A stretch of 32,000 bases of DNA from an uncultured bacterium (GTDB lineage Bacteria; Auribacterota; JACPWU01), in assembly GCA_964640155.1 (NCBI GenBank), contig CAZXEQ010000002.1, forward strand, positions 360,001-392,000, read 5' to 3'. The notes under the pieces are model-generated. The model was not told where the DNA came from and did no database searches. It worked only from the letters and a program-made list of their open reading frames with translations. Shown piece after piece: positions 1 to 6,569 of this stretch. Made by a program: the position numbers and the translations under genes. Within the stretch, counting starts at the first letter, position 1, and the number at the start of each line of letters is the position of its first letter.

Positions 1-1283
1 TCCAAGGATAAATGAATATCCTGAACTTTATTTTTCTCCATTTCTAATTTAAGAGATTTTTGTGCGATTACTTGACTAAAATGATGAAGACCCATCCATT
101 GATTCTCATAAACCGTGTTTCTCCAATGGACAATATTATTCTCATACATTTTTGTGAGAGTGATTTGAATGTTTTGAACATTGATAGCGTGAGCTAGAAT
201 CATTCGATTCCCTTTAGCTCCCAAAAACCCATGATCCTGTTCAAACCACACAGAAGCCTTACGATCTGGGATAAAAACACTAAAGAGATCTTCCTGAGGA
301 TAATTTTTCGAATCATTTTTGATGCGAGGTGCATTTACTTTCAATGCATATCGGTTTCCAGGGATAAAATCTGCCTCAAGACTGACTCCAAACCATTCTC
401 GAATCAGTGTGAAGGGTAAAATAGGTTCAATAGAAAGAATTTCTTTTAAAATTTCTATATCGACATCATTATTGAAATAAAGTTGCAGTCTAATTTTTCC
501 TTTTGAAGAAGAATAAGGTTCTACTTTTGTAATCATTAAGTGGCGGTTAAGGGTCAATTGCGTTTCATAAAGATTGGTTAATCCTAAAGGCCCACTAATC
601 CCACATAGTCCTTCTCGAATCCTTACAATCACTTGAAGATAAGAGGATATATTTTGATAGAGAAAAGGAGTGGGCTCTGTCATCACGCGTATCACATTTG
701 CGGTTACGCCTTCATAAAGGCGAAAAGGGATTTTTTGATGAACCAGAGATTCAATCTCCAGAAATTTTGCAACTTCAGTTGGAAGCATTTTGTCGTTAAA
801 TTCAATTTCAATCATAAACTGATTTTTTTCGTCAAAGGCTGCTTGGCGTACAGATAAAATTTGCAAGGCTGGGGTTTTGACGGTTGCAGAATACGACTGA
901 TTCAGTAAAAACCCTTCCTTGGACTTTAAAGAATGAAGAGGAAAAGTAAAAGTAAAGGCTGTTGCTTTGGGGAGGTCTTTCTGGGGTGTAAAAGTAAGCT
1001 TTCGAGTGTTCACCCATTCCCAATGTCCAGGGATGAGGTAAGACGCATCGCCTGAACTCTTGATGATGACTTTGGATGAAACATCTTCACAAACCATATC
1101 TAAATTAAATTCCCAGGATAAAACAGGCCGTGTTCCTGTCTCAATATTGTTTCCTGGGTTAAAGCGTTCTATTTTAAGAACATTGAGCGTTTTTAATTGA
1201 TAAGCATGATGAAATGCTGCCCAGGCAAGAATATTTGTAATTGCAAAACAAAAAACGGTTATCCAAAATCGTTTGTGTAACAT
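1..1283 (-). CDS. N-terminal part of a large signal-anchored protein, alpha-2-macroglobulin-family-like (gene continues past window start)
   Basis: Absent from the ORF track because it runs off the window. Reverse-strand ATG at 1283 follows a GGAG about 8 nt upstream. Hand translation (MLHKRFWITVFCFAITNILAWAAF...) stays open for 427 codons to base 1. Hydrophobic N-terminus, then beta-rich repeat segments (e.g. ...SVWFEQDHGFLGAKGNRMILAHAINVQNIQITLTKMYENNIVHW) resemble the N-terminal MG domains of YfhM/YfaS-type proteins. The product call is from recollection only. Confidence 0.55.
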   Translation of the reverse strand, partial: MLHKRFWITVFCFAITNILAWAAFHHAYQLKTLNVLKIERFNPGNNIETGTRPVLSWEFNLDMVCEDVSSKVIIKSSGDASYLIPGHWEWVNTRKLTFTPQKDLPKATAFTFTFPLHSLKSKEGFLLNQSYSATVKTPALQILSVRQAAFDEKNQFMIEIEFNDKMLPTEVAKFLEIESLVHQKIPFRLYEGVTANVIRVMTEPTPFLYQNISSYLQVIVRIREGLCGISGPLGLTNLYETQLTLNRHLMITKVEPYSSSKGKIRLQLYFNNDVDIEILKEILSIEPILPFTLIREWFGVSLEADFIPGNRYALKVNAPRIKNDSKNYPQEDLFSVFIPDRKASVWFEQDHGFLGAKGNRMILAHAINVQNIQITLTKMYENNIVHWRNTVYENQWMGLHHFSQVIAQKSLKLEMEKNKVQDIHLSL

Positions 1284-1348
1284 GAACATTCTCCAAAATC
1301 CAAAGTTTTTTAGTTAGAAATAGTAGGAAAATAATCTCACATATAAAC

Positions 1349-1506
1349 TTAAGTCCTCGGGCTTTTCACCGTCCTTTAGGATGAGGTAAGAAACGGGGCC
1401 TGCCACTCGTCAGCCCTACCGTGCTCATGAAAAATTGCGCGCGGGGCGGGGCTCCCCCCGCCGAGTGTCACCCGTATTGTAAAGGACACACTTTTTTACA
1501 CACGAT
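1349..1506 (+). repeat. Structured GC-rich intergenic repeat, copy C1
   Basis: Aligns over ~160 nt with 5666-5826 and over the core with 2811-2946. Core is GCCTGCCACTCGTCAGCCCTACCGTGCTCATGAAAAATTGCGCGCGGGGCGGGGCTCCCCCCGCCGAGTGTCACCCG. Inner hairpin GGCGGGG(1445-1451)/CCCCGCC(1456-1462). The left arm of the outer stem has a 4-nt deletion relative to C3. Confidence 0.85.
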
Positions 1507-1648
1507 CGGGAAAATTTTCTTAAAAACACTTTGAGATTTTCGAGAAGCAGGGTCAAGAAGAAAACAGAAGTGATTTATAAAATACGAAGTAACTCGCTGA
1601 AGGAGAGAAAGTAGGGATAAAATTTTTTTGAAAAATTATTTTACAATT

Positions 1649-1680
1649 AAAAAAACTTGAAGATTTTTCTAAATCTCAAG
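1649..1680 (-). terminator. Intrinsic terminator candidate downstream of the kinase-deaminase gene
   Basis: On the reverse strand: CTTGAGATTT-agaa-AAATCTTCAAG hairpin (~10 bp with one bulge), then 7 T, about 30 nt after the stop at 1710. Confidence 0.5.
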
Positions 1681-1709
1681 CTCGAAGTTTAAGGGATTTC
1701 TCAAAAGGA

Positions 1710-2726
1710 TTAAAGCTTTCTTACTTTGACATGAGCTTCTTCTAATAAGCGTAGACTTACATCCCCTACAGAATAGGCATGACTATAAACAACTTCTTTG
1801 ATGCCACTATTGATAATCATTTTGGTACACATCAGACAAGGTGAAAAAGTAGAGTAAATTGTAGAGTCTTTAATGCTGACCCCATGATAAGCCGATTGTG
1901 TGATCGCATTTTCTTCAGCATGTGAGCATAAACATTCATCGAGCTGAGTCCCTTGTTGGGAGAAGCTGTTGCATCGTAGACAACCTCCATCCATACAATT
2001 CTTAGTACCACGGGGCGTTCCATTATAGCCCGTGGCAATGATGCGTTTGTCTTTAACAATAACCGCCGCGACTTTTCGTTTGATACAATTGCTGCGTAAG
2101 GCAACTACTTTAGCAATTCCTATAAAATAATCATCCCAGCCAGGTCGACTAGAATTTGTTCCATATTTTTTTAATACCTCAATCACTTGTTCGTAAATTT
2201 TTTCAAGAGATCCTGCATTCATTAAAGAAGTATCTGAAATGGCTTGTGTTTGGTCTAGTTGTTGATGGTTAGGATTTTGAGATGAACGTTCTGCGTTTTC
2301 CAGACGTATAAATTCTTCTAGAGTCTGAGGGTCATTCTCTCTTCCTCGGGCTTTGATTCGCTCAAAACGTAGTTCCAGAGGAGCATCAATAAAAAGCAGA
2401 ATAAAATCTTTTCTTTTCTTGAGGGATTTAGCTTCTTCAGGATTGCGGATAGAATCTACAACATAATTTTTATCAACATCTAGAGTAGACGAAATCTTAT
2501 CTGCTAAAACGGAAGGTCCAAACTGACTACGAAGTTCATTCCCAACTTGAATTAAATTTTCGCGTGTGATTTGAGTCCGTCGATTTTTGAGTTCATCTCG
2601 AAGAACATCCGAAAGCGAGGAATAAATAAACCCCCGTTGTTTTAAAAATTCTGCGATAACTCCTTTGCCTGAGCCATTTCTTCCAGTGAGTCCAATAATC
2701 ACAAGATTAGAATCCTTTCTTATCAA
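1710..2726 (-). CDS. P-loop nucleotide-kinase-like domain fused to a zinc dCMP/cytidine deaminase domain (AvcD-like architecture)
   Basis: N-terminal half has Walker A GLTGRNGSGKG (CoaE/adenylate-kinase-like). C-terminal half is ComEB-type: RPGWDDYFIGIAKVVALRSNC, HAEENA and PCLMC zinc motifs. The start is uncertain: the frame is open to a GTG at 2849 inside repeat C2, but TTG 2726 (LIRKDSNLVIIGLTG) or GTG 2702 (VIIGLTG) fit P-loop kinase N-termini better. Confidence 0.8.
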   Translation of the reverse strand: MIRKDSNLVIIGLTGRNGSGKGVIAEFLKQRGFIYSSLSDVLRDELKNRRTQITRENLIQVGNELRSQFGPSVLADKISSTLDVDKNYVVDSIRNPEEAKSLKKRKDFILLFIDAPLELRFERIKARGRENDPQTLEEFIRLENAERSSQNPNHQQLDQTQAISDTSLMNAGSLEKIYEQVIEVLKKYGTNSSRPGWDDYFIGIAKVVALRSNCIKRKVAAVIVKDKRIIATGYNGTPRGTKNCMDGGCLRCNSFSQQGTQLDECLCSHAEENAITQSAYHGVSIKDSTIYSTFSPCLMCTKMIINSGIKEVVYSHAYSVGDVSLRLLEEAHVKVRKL

Positions 2727-2810
2727 TTCTACTTTCTCGATAGATTCTACTATGAGGCGAGTTGTTGGACAACCATTGTTTAAACTAAAAGCGAGAACGA
2801 TTTTATAATT

Positions 2811-2946
2811 AAAAGTGTGTACTTTTAAAAAAGTGGCAGAGCCTGCCACTCGTCAGCCCCACCGTGCTCATGAAAAATTGCGCGCGGCGGGGCTCCCCCC
2901 GCCGAGTGTCACCCGCATATATAAAGTACACACTTTTCTACACATC
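2811..2946 (+). repeat. Structured GC-rich intergenic repeat, copy C2
   Basis: Same core as C1/C3. Perfect 15-bp closing stem AAAAGTGTGTACTTT(2811-2825)/AAAGTACACACTTTT(2923-2937). Inner hairpin GGCGGGG(2886-2892)/CCCCGCC(2897-2903). TATAAT at 2804-2809 abuts the element. Confidence 0.85.
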
Positions 2947-3081
2947 ATCGCAAGAACTTCAATTAGAATATTTTAATTTTACTTTAATGATTTTTTAACC
3001 TTTCTACTGAGATAATGCCTCTGTTAAAAAAGGCAGCATTGTTTCAGAGATAAAAAAATCTTTTCTTCAAATAGGGGGTTA

Positions 3082-3090
3082 TGGTATATT
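3082..3090 (+). promoter_or_regulatory. Extended -10 promoter candidate (TGgTATATT) for the OMP gene
   Basis: TG at 3082-3083 and TATATT at 3085-3090, about 85 nt upstream of the ATG at 3173. No good -35. An 8-bp hairpin CTCATCAT/ATGATGAG lies in the putative leader. Confidence 0.3.
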
Positions 3091-3172
3091 TTGCGCACCT
3101 TACTCATCATGTGGGATGATGAGAGGATGTAGTTCAAAGTTAATTATTTAAATCAAACCAAGGAGATCAGTA

Positions 3173-3739
3173 ATGAAGAAGTTATTAGCGATTGCCCTTC
3201 TTTGCTTAGGCGTAGCAGGTTATGCCAAGGCTGATGAAGGTTCAGCATGTGTGCTTCATGGTTTTTATCTTGAACCAACTGTAGAAGCTTTTATTCCTTT
3301 CAATGATGATTTGGATTCTACAGTTTATGCAGGCGGTAAAGGTGGATATCAGTTCAACGAATGGTTTGCTGCTGAAATCGAAGCAGGTTGGGCAAACCCA
3401 GATCTTGCTGATGTAGGTGATGTCTCCACAGTACCTTTGCTTTTCAATGCCCGCATTAATTTATGGCCTGGCGTTTACTGTGTTGATCCTTATGTATTCG
3501 GCGGTATTGGTATTGCTTTCAATGAACTTGATGGCGTTCCAGCCGGTGTTGAGATTGATGACAGCTTTGCAGGTCAAATTGGCGCAGGAATTGAATACCA
3601 TATCAACGAATCTCTTTCAGCTCAGCTTGAGTTGGATTTCTACTTTAACAGCCCCGATTTAAACGTCCCTTTATTAGATGAAGAGGATGTTGAATTAAAT
3701 GCTTTCCGTATCGGTGGCGGTATTACTTGGAGATTCTAA
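3173..3739 (+). CDS. Small outer-membrane beta-barrel protein (OmpA-like/OmpW-like class)
   Basis: AGGAG RBS. Signal peptide MKKLLAIALLCLGVAGYAKA. Alternating amphipathic beta strands with aromatic girdles. C-terminal ...GGGITWRF ends in Phe, typical of a BAM substrate. Confidence 0.8.
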   Translation: MKKLLAIALLCLGVAGYAKADEGSACVLHGFYLEPTVEAFIPFNDDLDSTVYAGGKGGYQFNEWFAAEIEAGWANPDLADVGDVSTVPLLFNARINLWPGVYCVDPYVFGGIGIAFNELDGVPAGVEIDDSFAGQIGAGIEYHINESLSAQLELDFYFNSPDLNVPLLDEEDVELNAFRIGGGITWRF

Positions 3740-3766
3740 TTTCTCAAATTTGAGAAATTATTTTTT

Positions 3767-3800
3767 AAAGGGCGGGATTATTCCCGCCCTTTTTCTTTTT
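3767..3800 (+). terminator. Rho-independent terminator of the OMP gene
   Basis: AAAGGGCGGGA-ttat-TCCCGCCCTTT 11-bp GC-rich stem followed by TTTTCTTTTT. Confidence 0.8.
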
Positions 3801-3813
3801 AGAGATTTTTCAG

Positions 3814-3900
3814 AAAAAGGGTGTTCTTTGTAATGCGGATGACACTTGTCGGTGGGACTGACAAGTGGTAGGAACCACTATTCCTACAAAGAATACACTT
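3814..3900 (-). repeat. Structured repeat, copy C4 (inverted, internally deleted)
   Basis: Matches the reverse complement of C1-C3: GATGACACTTGTCGG/TGGGACTGACAAGTGGTAGGA versus GGTGACACTCGGCGG...TGGGGCTGACGAGTGGCAGGA. The central ~40 nt are missing. Outer stem GTGTTCTTTGTA/TACAAAGAATAC. 8-bp hairpin CACTTGTC(3843-3850)/GACAAGTG(3860-3867). Confidence 0.75.
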
Positions 3901-3908
3901 GCTATAAT
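3900..3908 (+). promoter_or_regulatory. Extended -10 promoter candidate (TGcTATAAT) upstream of the response-regulator gene
   Basis: Perfect TATAAT at 3903-3908 with upstream TG at the edge of repeat C4. Only a weak -35 (TTCCTA 3881-3886). About 200 nt upstream of the ATG at 4112. Confidence 0.35.
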
Positions 3909-4111
3909 TAATGTTTATTTACATTCTTTAAATTGGTATTCTTATCCAGTATTAGCTTCGCCCTTGGAGGGGAGCCAACGGGCCTATCCAACATTGTGAG
4001 AAAAACATTCAAATCCTATTAAAGGGATATTGAAAGTTTTTCTTTCTCTAGATTTTGGCCCTGTCAGTATTCGAATGTCCAACGTGTGTCTTGGGGAGCC
4101 ATAAAGCTATT

Positions 4112-5419
4112 ATGAAAGCGCCAAAAGTTTTAGTGGTAGATGATGAACAGGGAATACAAGAATCATTAAAAATGATTTTAAAAGAAGATTATCATGTCTT
4201 CACTGCTCCAAATGGTGAAGAGGCTTTTAAAGTTTTAAGTCAAGAATCTCCAGATTTGGTTCTCCTCGATGTTTTATTGCCTGGTATGGGTGGTATTGAA
4301 ATTTTAAAAAAAGTAAAGGTTTCTAACCCGCAAACTCAAGTCATCATGGTGACAGGACAGGGGAAATTAAAAACAGCGGTAGAAGCTATTAAACTAGGTG
4401 CTTTCGATTACATTCATAAACCTTTTGATATTGAAGAATTACGCAGAGTGGTCAAAAAGGCCATTGAACAAAGAAAATTTAAAGAGAGTGTTGATTTTCT
4501 AAAAGTAGAAGCCAAGCGCTCTTCCCAATTTGATGGAATTGTAGGATTTAGTCAAAAGATGAAGGACTTATTTGAAATCATCTCTCGTGTGATGAATTCG
4601 AATTCGAATGTTTTAATTACAGGAGAAAGTGGCACGGGAAAAGAATTGGTAGCTCGAGCTCTCCATTACAATGGTGTGAGAAAAGAAGGCCCTTTTGTGG
4701 TGGTTCATACTTCGGCGATTCCAGATAAACTCTTGGAAAGTGAACTTTTTGGCCATGAAAAAGGTGCCTTTACAGAAGAATTTCGACGTGTAGGTGGCAT
4801 AGAATCGATTCATGTAGATGTTCGCTTTGTGGCTGCGACCAATAAAAATTTAGAAAAGGCAATTCAATCAAATGACTTTCGAGAAGATCTATATTATAGA
4901 TTGAGTGTGGTTCCTATCGTATTACCTCCATTGCGGGACAGAAGAGAAGATATCCCCTTGCTTGTTTATCATTTCCTTGAACGCAATCGTGCAAATAATA
5001 AAAATACGAAGGTAGAGGGATTTTCTCAAGAAGCTTTAGATGCTTTAAGCTCTTATGATTGGCCCGGAAATGTTCGAGAATTACAAAATGTTATTGAAAA
5101 CCTTGTTGTTATGAGCGATCGATATTTGATACAAATCGAAGATCTTCCTCAAACCATTCGTATGAATCAATTGCAAAAAACTTTTTTTAATCGCAGTTCC
5201 CAAAATGGGGCTTCTTTGGAAGAAGTGGTTGCTGCTTTTGAGAAACAATTGATTTCTGAAGCCCTGCAAAAATGTAATGGTGTTTATACGCGAGCGGCTA
5301 AGCTCTTGGGAACAACGAGGCGTATCTTAAAATACCGTATTGATCAATTACAAATTGTGATTGAAAAGCGTAGACGACGAGTCTCTAAAATTAAAGAAGC
5401 AGTCCCTGTTTCTTTGTAA
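4112..5419 (+). CDS. NtrC-family sigma-54-dependent response regulator with an in-frame deletion in the AAA+ core
   Basis: Receiver domain is intact (VVDDE, [12 protein letters not shown], HKPF). Walker A [8 protein letters not shown], R-finger FREDLYYRL, sensor II [8 protein letters not shown] and Fis-type HTH ([18 protein letters not shown]) are present. The sequence reads ...[16 protein letters not shown]..., lacking about 40 aa that normally carry the end of GAFTGA and Walker B. Start placed at ATG 4112 ([12 protein letters not shown]), not the TTG at 4055 in the track. Confidence 0.85.
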   Translation: [435 protein letters not shown]

Positions 5420-5560
5420 ACATTTTTGTACAATCTTGTATTTCTCGCCATTTTTGTTCATTCATATGCAAGTGCAATATCTTATCAGCATCCATCTCCT
5501 CACTTCTTAACTTGTTATGATTTAAATAGTTAAGACTATTTTTGTTGTTATTTTTATTTT

Positions 5561-5576
5561 TGGCATAAAACTTGAT
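5561..5576 (+). promoter_or_regulatory. Sigma-54 (-24/-12) promoter-like motif
   Basis: TGGCATaaaacTTGAT versus consensus TGGCAC-N5-TTGCW. Spacing is exact, with two mismatches (C to T in the -24 box; GC to GA at -12). Confidence 0.3.
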
Positions 5577-5586
5577 TATCCATAGG

Positions 5587-5653
5587 ATGAGTGCTTCCTC
5601 GTTCAAATCCCGCGGAAGGTAGGCAAAAACCTGCTTTCCGTGGGAATTTTTTT
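5587..5653 (+). ncRNA. Hypothetical ~65-nt sRNA (sigma-54 motif to intrinsic terminator)
   Basis: The inferred TSS about 12 nt after the -12 element gives a 5' single-stranded CU-rich stretch (GUGCUUCCUCGUUCAAAU, anti-SD-like) and then the 5608-5653 terminator. This is architecture only; there is no expression or homology evidence. Confidence 0.2.
5608..5653 (+). terminator. Strong rho-independent terminator
   Basis: 16-bp stem 5608-5623/5630-5645 (TCCCGCGGAAGGTAGG / CCTGCTTTCCGTGGGA, a few G-U pairs), loop CAAAAA, then A plus 7 T (5647-5653). Confidence 0.75.
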
Positions 5654-5665
5654 GATATCCCTAAT

Positions 5666-5826
5666 AAAAAGTGTGTCTTCGGACTTTTCGCCACCTTTAG
5701 GATTATATAAGAAACGGGTCCTGCCACTCGTCAGCCCCACCGTGCTCATAAAAAATTGCGCGCGGTGGGGGGCCTCTCCGCCGAGTGTCACCCGTAGTGT
5801 AAAGGACACACTTTTTGCGCACGATT
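5666..5826 (+). repeat. Structured GC-rich intergenic repeat, copy C3 (most complete)
   Basis: Closing stem AAAAAGTGTGTC(5666-5677)/GACACACTTTTT(5805-5816). Second stem CCTTTA/TAAAGG. Core as in C1/C2. Inner hairpin GGTGGGG(5764-5770)/CTCCGCC(5776-5782). Alternative helix CCCCACCG(5735-5742)/CGGTGGGG(5763-5770). Confidence 0.85.
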
Positions 5827-5921
5827 GATTTTCCTCATTGGTCCTCAAATTCTACAGTTCTGGTCCCTATGACGTGAGTATGCATAAGAAAAAGTTTGAG
5901 GGTATTTAAAATTCGGATAGA

Positions 5922-6386
5922 ATGTTCCACATGTTTGGAAAAAGAATATTTCAAAAACCTGAGCAGCATGTTTCGGCAGGGGGGTTGGTTTATCGCCCAC
6001 AAACTGCTGGAGCTATACAAGTTGTTTTAATTTCTCGTCTCGGGGGTAAGGTGTGGTGTCTGCCTAAGGGGCATGTTGAGAAAGGTGAAACCTTTGAGCA
6101 AGCTGCCCAAAGAGAAGTGAAAGAAGAAACAGGACTTGTGGCGGAGGTTGTTTCTCCCTTGGGGGATGTGCAGTATGGATATTATGACAAATGGGAGAAA
6201 AAGAAAATTTCTAAAACCGTTCATTTTTTTCTCCTACTTTATAAAATGGGGGATGTCGATAACCATGATCGTGAAGTAGATGAAGCCAGATGGTTTTCAA
6301 TTGAAGAAGCTTTGACAAAAATAACTTACTCAAGTGAAAGAGGCGTTTTTGAAAAAGCGATTAAAGCGTTAGAAAAGAATTTGTAA
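5922..6386 (+). CDS. Nudix hydrolase
   Basis: Canonical Nudix box GHVEKGETFEQAAQREVKEETGL (GX5EX7REUXEEXGU). Size about 150 aa. The start could also be ATG 5931. Confidence 0.85.
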   Translation: MFHMFGKRIFQKPEQHVSAGGLVYRPQTAGAIQVVLISRLGGKVWCLPKGHVEKGETFEQAAQREVKEETGLVAEVVSPLGDVQYGYYDKWEKKKISKTVHFFLLLYKMGDVDNHDREVDEARWFSIEEALTKITYSSERGVFEKAIKALEKNL

Positions 6387-6459
6387 GTTCTGCATATTTA
6401 AATTAGATCTTAGCATTTTTTACGAATAGCATCTTCAGTGTTGAGGCTAAAAACTTTTT

Positions 6460-6489
6460 TTGTTAATGTCTCTGGTCGAAATTTAGAAT
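6460..6489 (+). promoter_or_regulatory. Sigma-70 promoter candidate for tRNA-Thr(UGU)
   Basis: TTGTTA (6460-6465), 18-nt spacer, TAGAAT (6484-6489). The predicted TSS falls at about the first tRNA nucleotide. Confidence 0.45.
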
Positions 6490-6493
6490 TTAC

Positions 6494-6565
6494 GCTGGTG
6501 TAGCTCAACGGTAGAGCACCTGATTTGTAATCAGGCGGTTGCGGGTTCAAATCCCATCACCAGCT
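6494..6565 (+). tRNA. tRNA-Thr (anticodon UGU)
   Basis: Hand-folded cloverleaf: acceptor GCTGGTG/CACCAGC, D arm GCTC/GAGC, anticodon stem CCTGA/TCAGG with loop TTTGTAA, T loop TTCAAAT. The T stem GCGGG/CCCAT has one C-A mismatch and one G-U pair. No encoded CCA. Confidence 0.85.
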
Positions 6566-6569
6566 GTTT

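Noticed and set aside
231-1023. Three + / - strand ORFs of 62-74 aa (231-419, 633-857, 832-1023)
   Set aside because: All lie inside, or out of frame with, the long reverse-strand alpha-2-macroglobulin-like CDS that is open from 1283 to the window edge.
1395-1430. Short conserved reverse-strand peptide MSTVGLTSGR in the repeats; the C4 differences are all synonymous in that frame
   Set aside because: Only ~7 codons are shared. C4 lacks the ATG, the frames diverge immediately downstream, and at least one of the substitutions is a compensatory hairpin change (CTCG/CGAG to CTTG/CAAG).
2727-2849. N-terminal extension of the kinase-deaminase ORF to the GTG at 2849
   Set aside because: The first ~13 codons lie inside repeat C2 and the extension has no kinase-like sequence. 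P-loop kinases normally begin a few residues before the GLTG strand. It is kept as a possibility in the feature note.
5391-5606. 71-aa reverse-strand ORF overlapping the 3' end of the regulator gene
   Set aside because: TTG start inside the terminator stem, low-complexity Asn/Lys-rich sequence typical of AT-rich non-coding DNA, and overlap with a well-supported CDS.
5599-5615. tRNA T-arm-like fragment CGTTCAAATCCCGC
   Set aside because: No acceptor, D or anticodon arms can be built around it. The sequence forms the 5' arm of the 5608-5653 terminator, and GTTCAAATCC is a common motif.
1349-5826. Repeats as integron attC sites or a CRISPR array (one gene per repeat resembles a cassette array)
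   Set aside because: There are no RYYYAAC/GTTRRRY core sites. Gene and repeat orientations are mixed, spacing is irregular at kb scale, no integrase or cas genes are present, and the repeat length does not fit CRISPR.
5603-5848. ORFs on both strands across repeat C3 (5603-5848 minus, 5640-5828 plus)
   Set aside because: The equivalent frames are broken in C1/C2 by a 2-nt indel, and C3 lacks the ATG (ATA instead) of the + strand mini-ORF seen in C1/C2.
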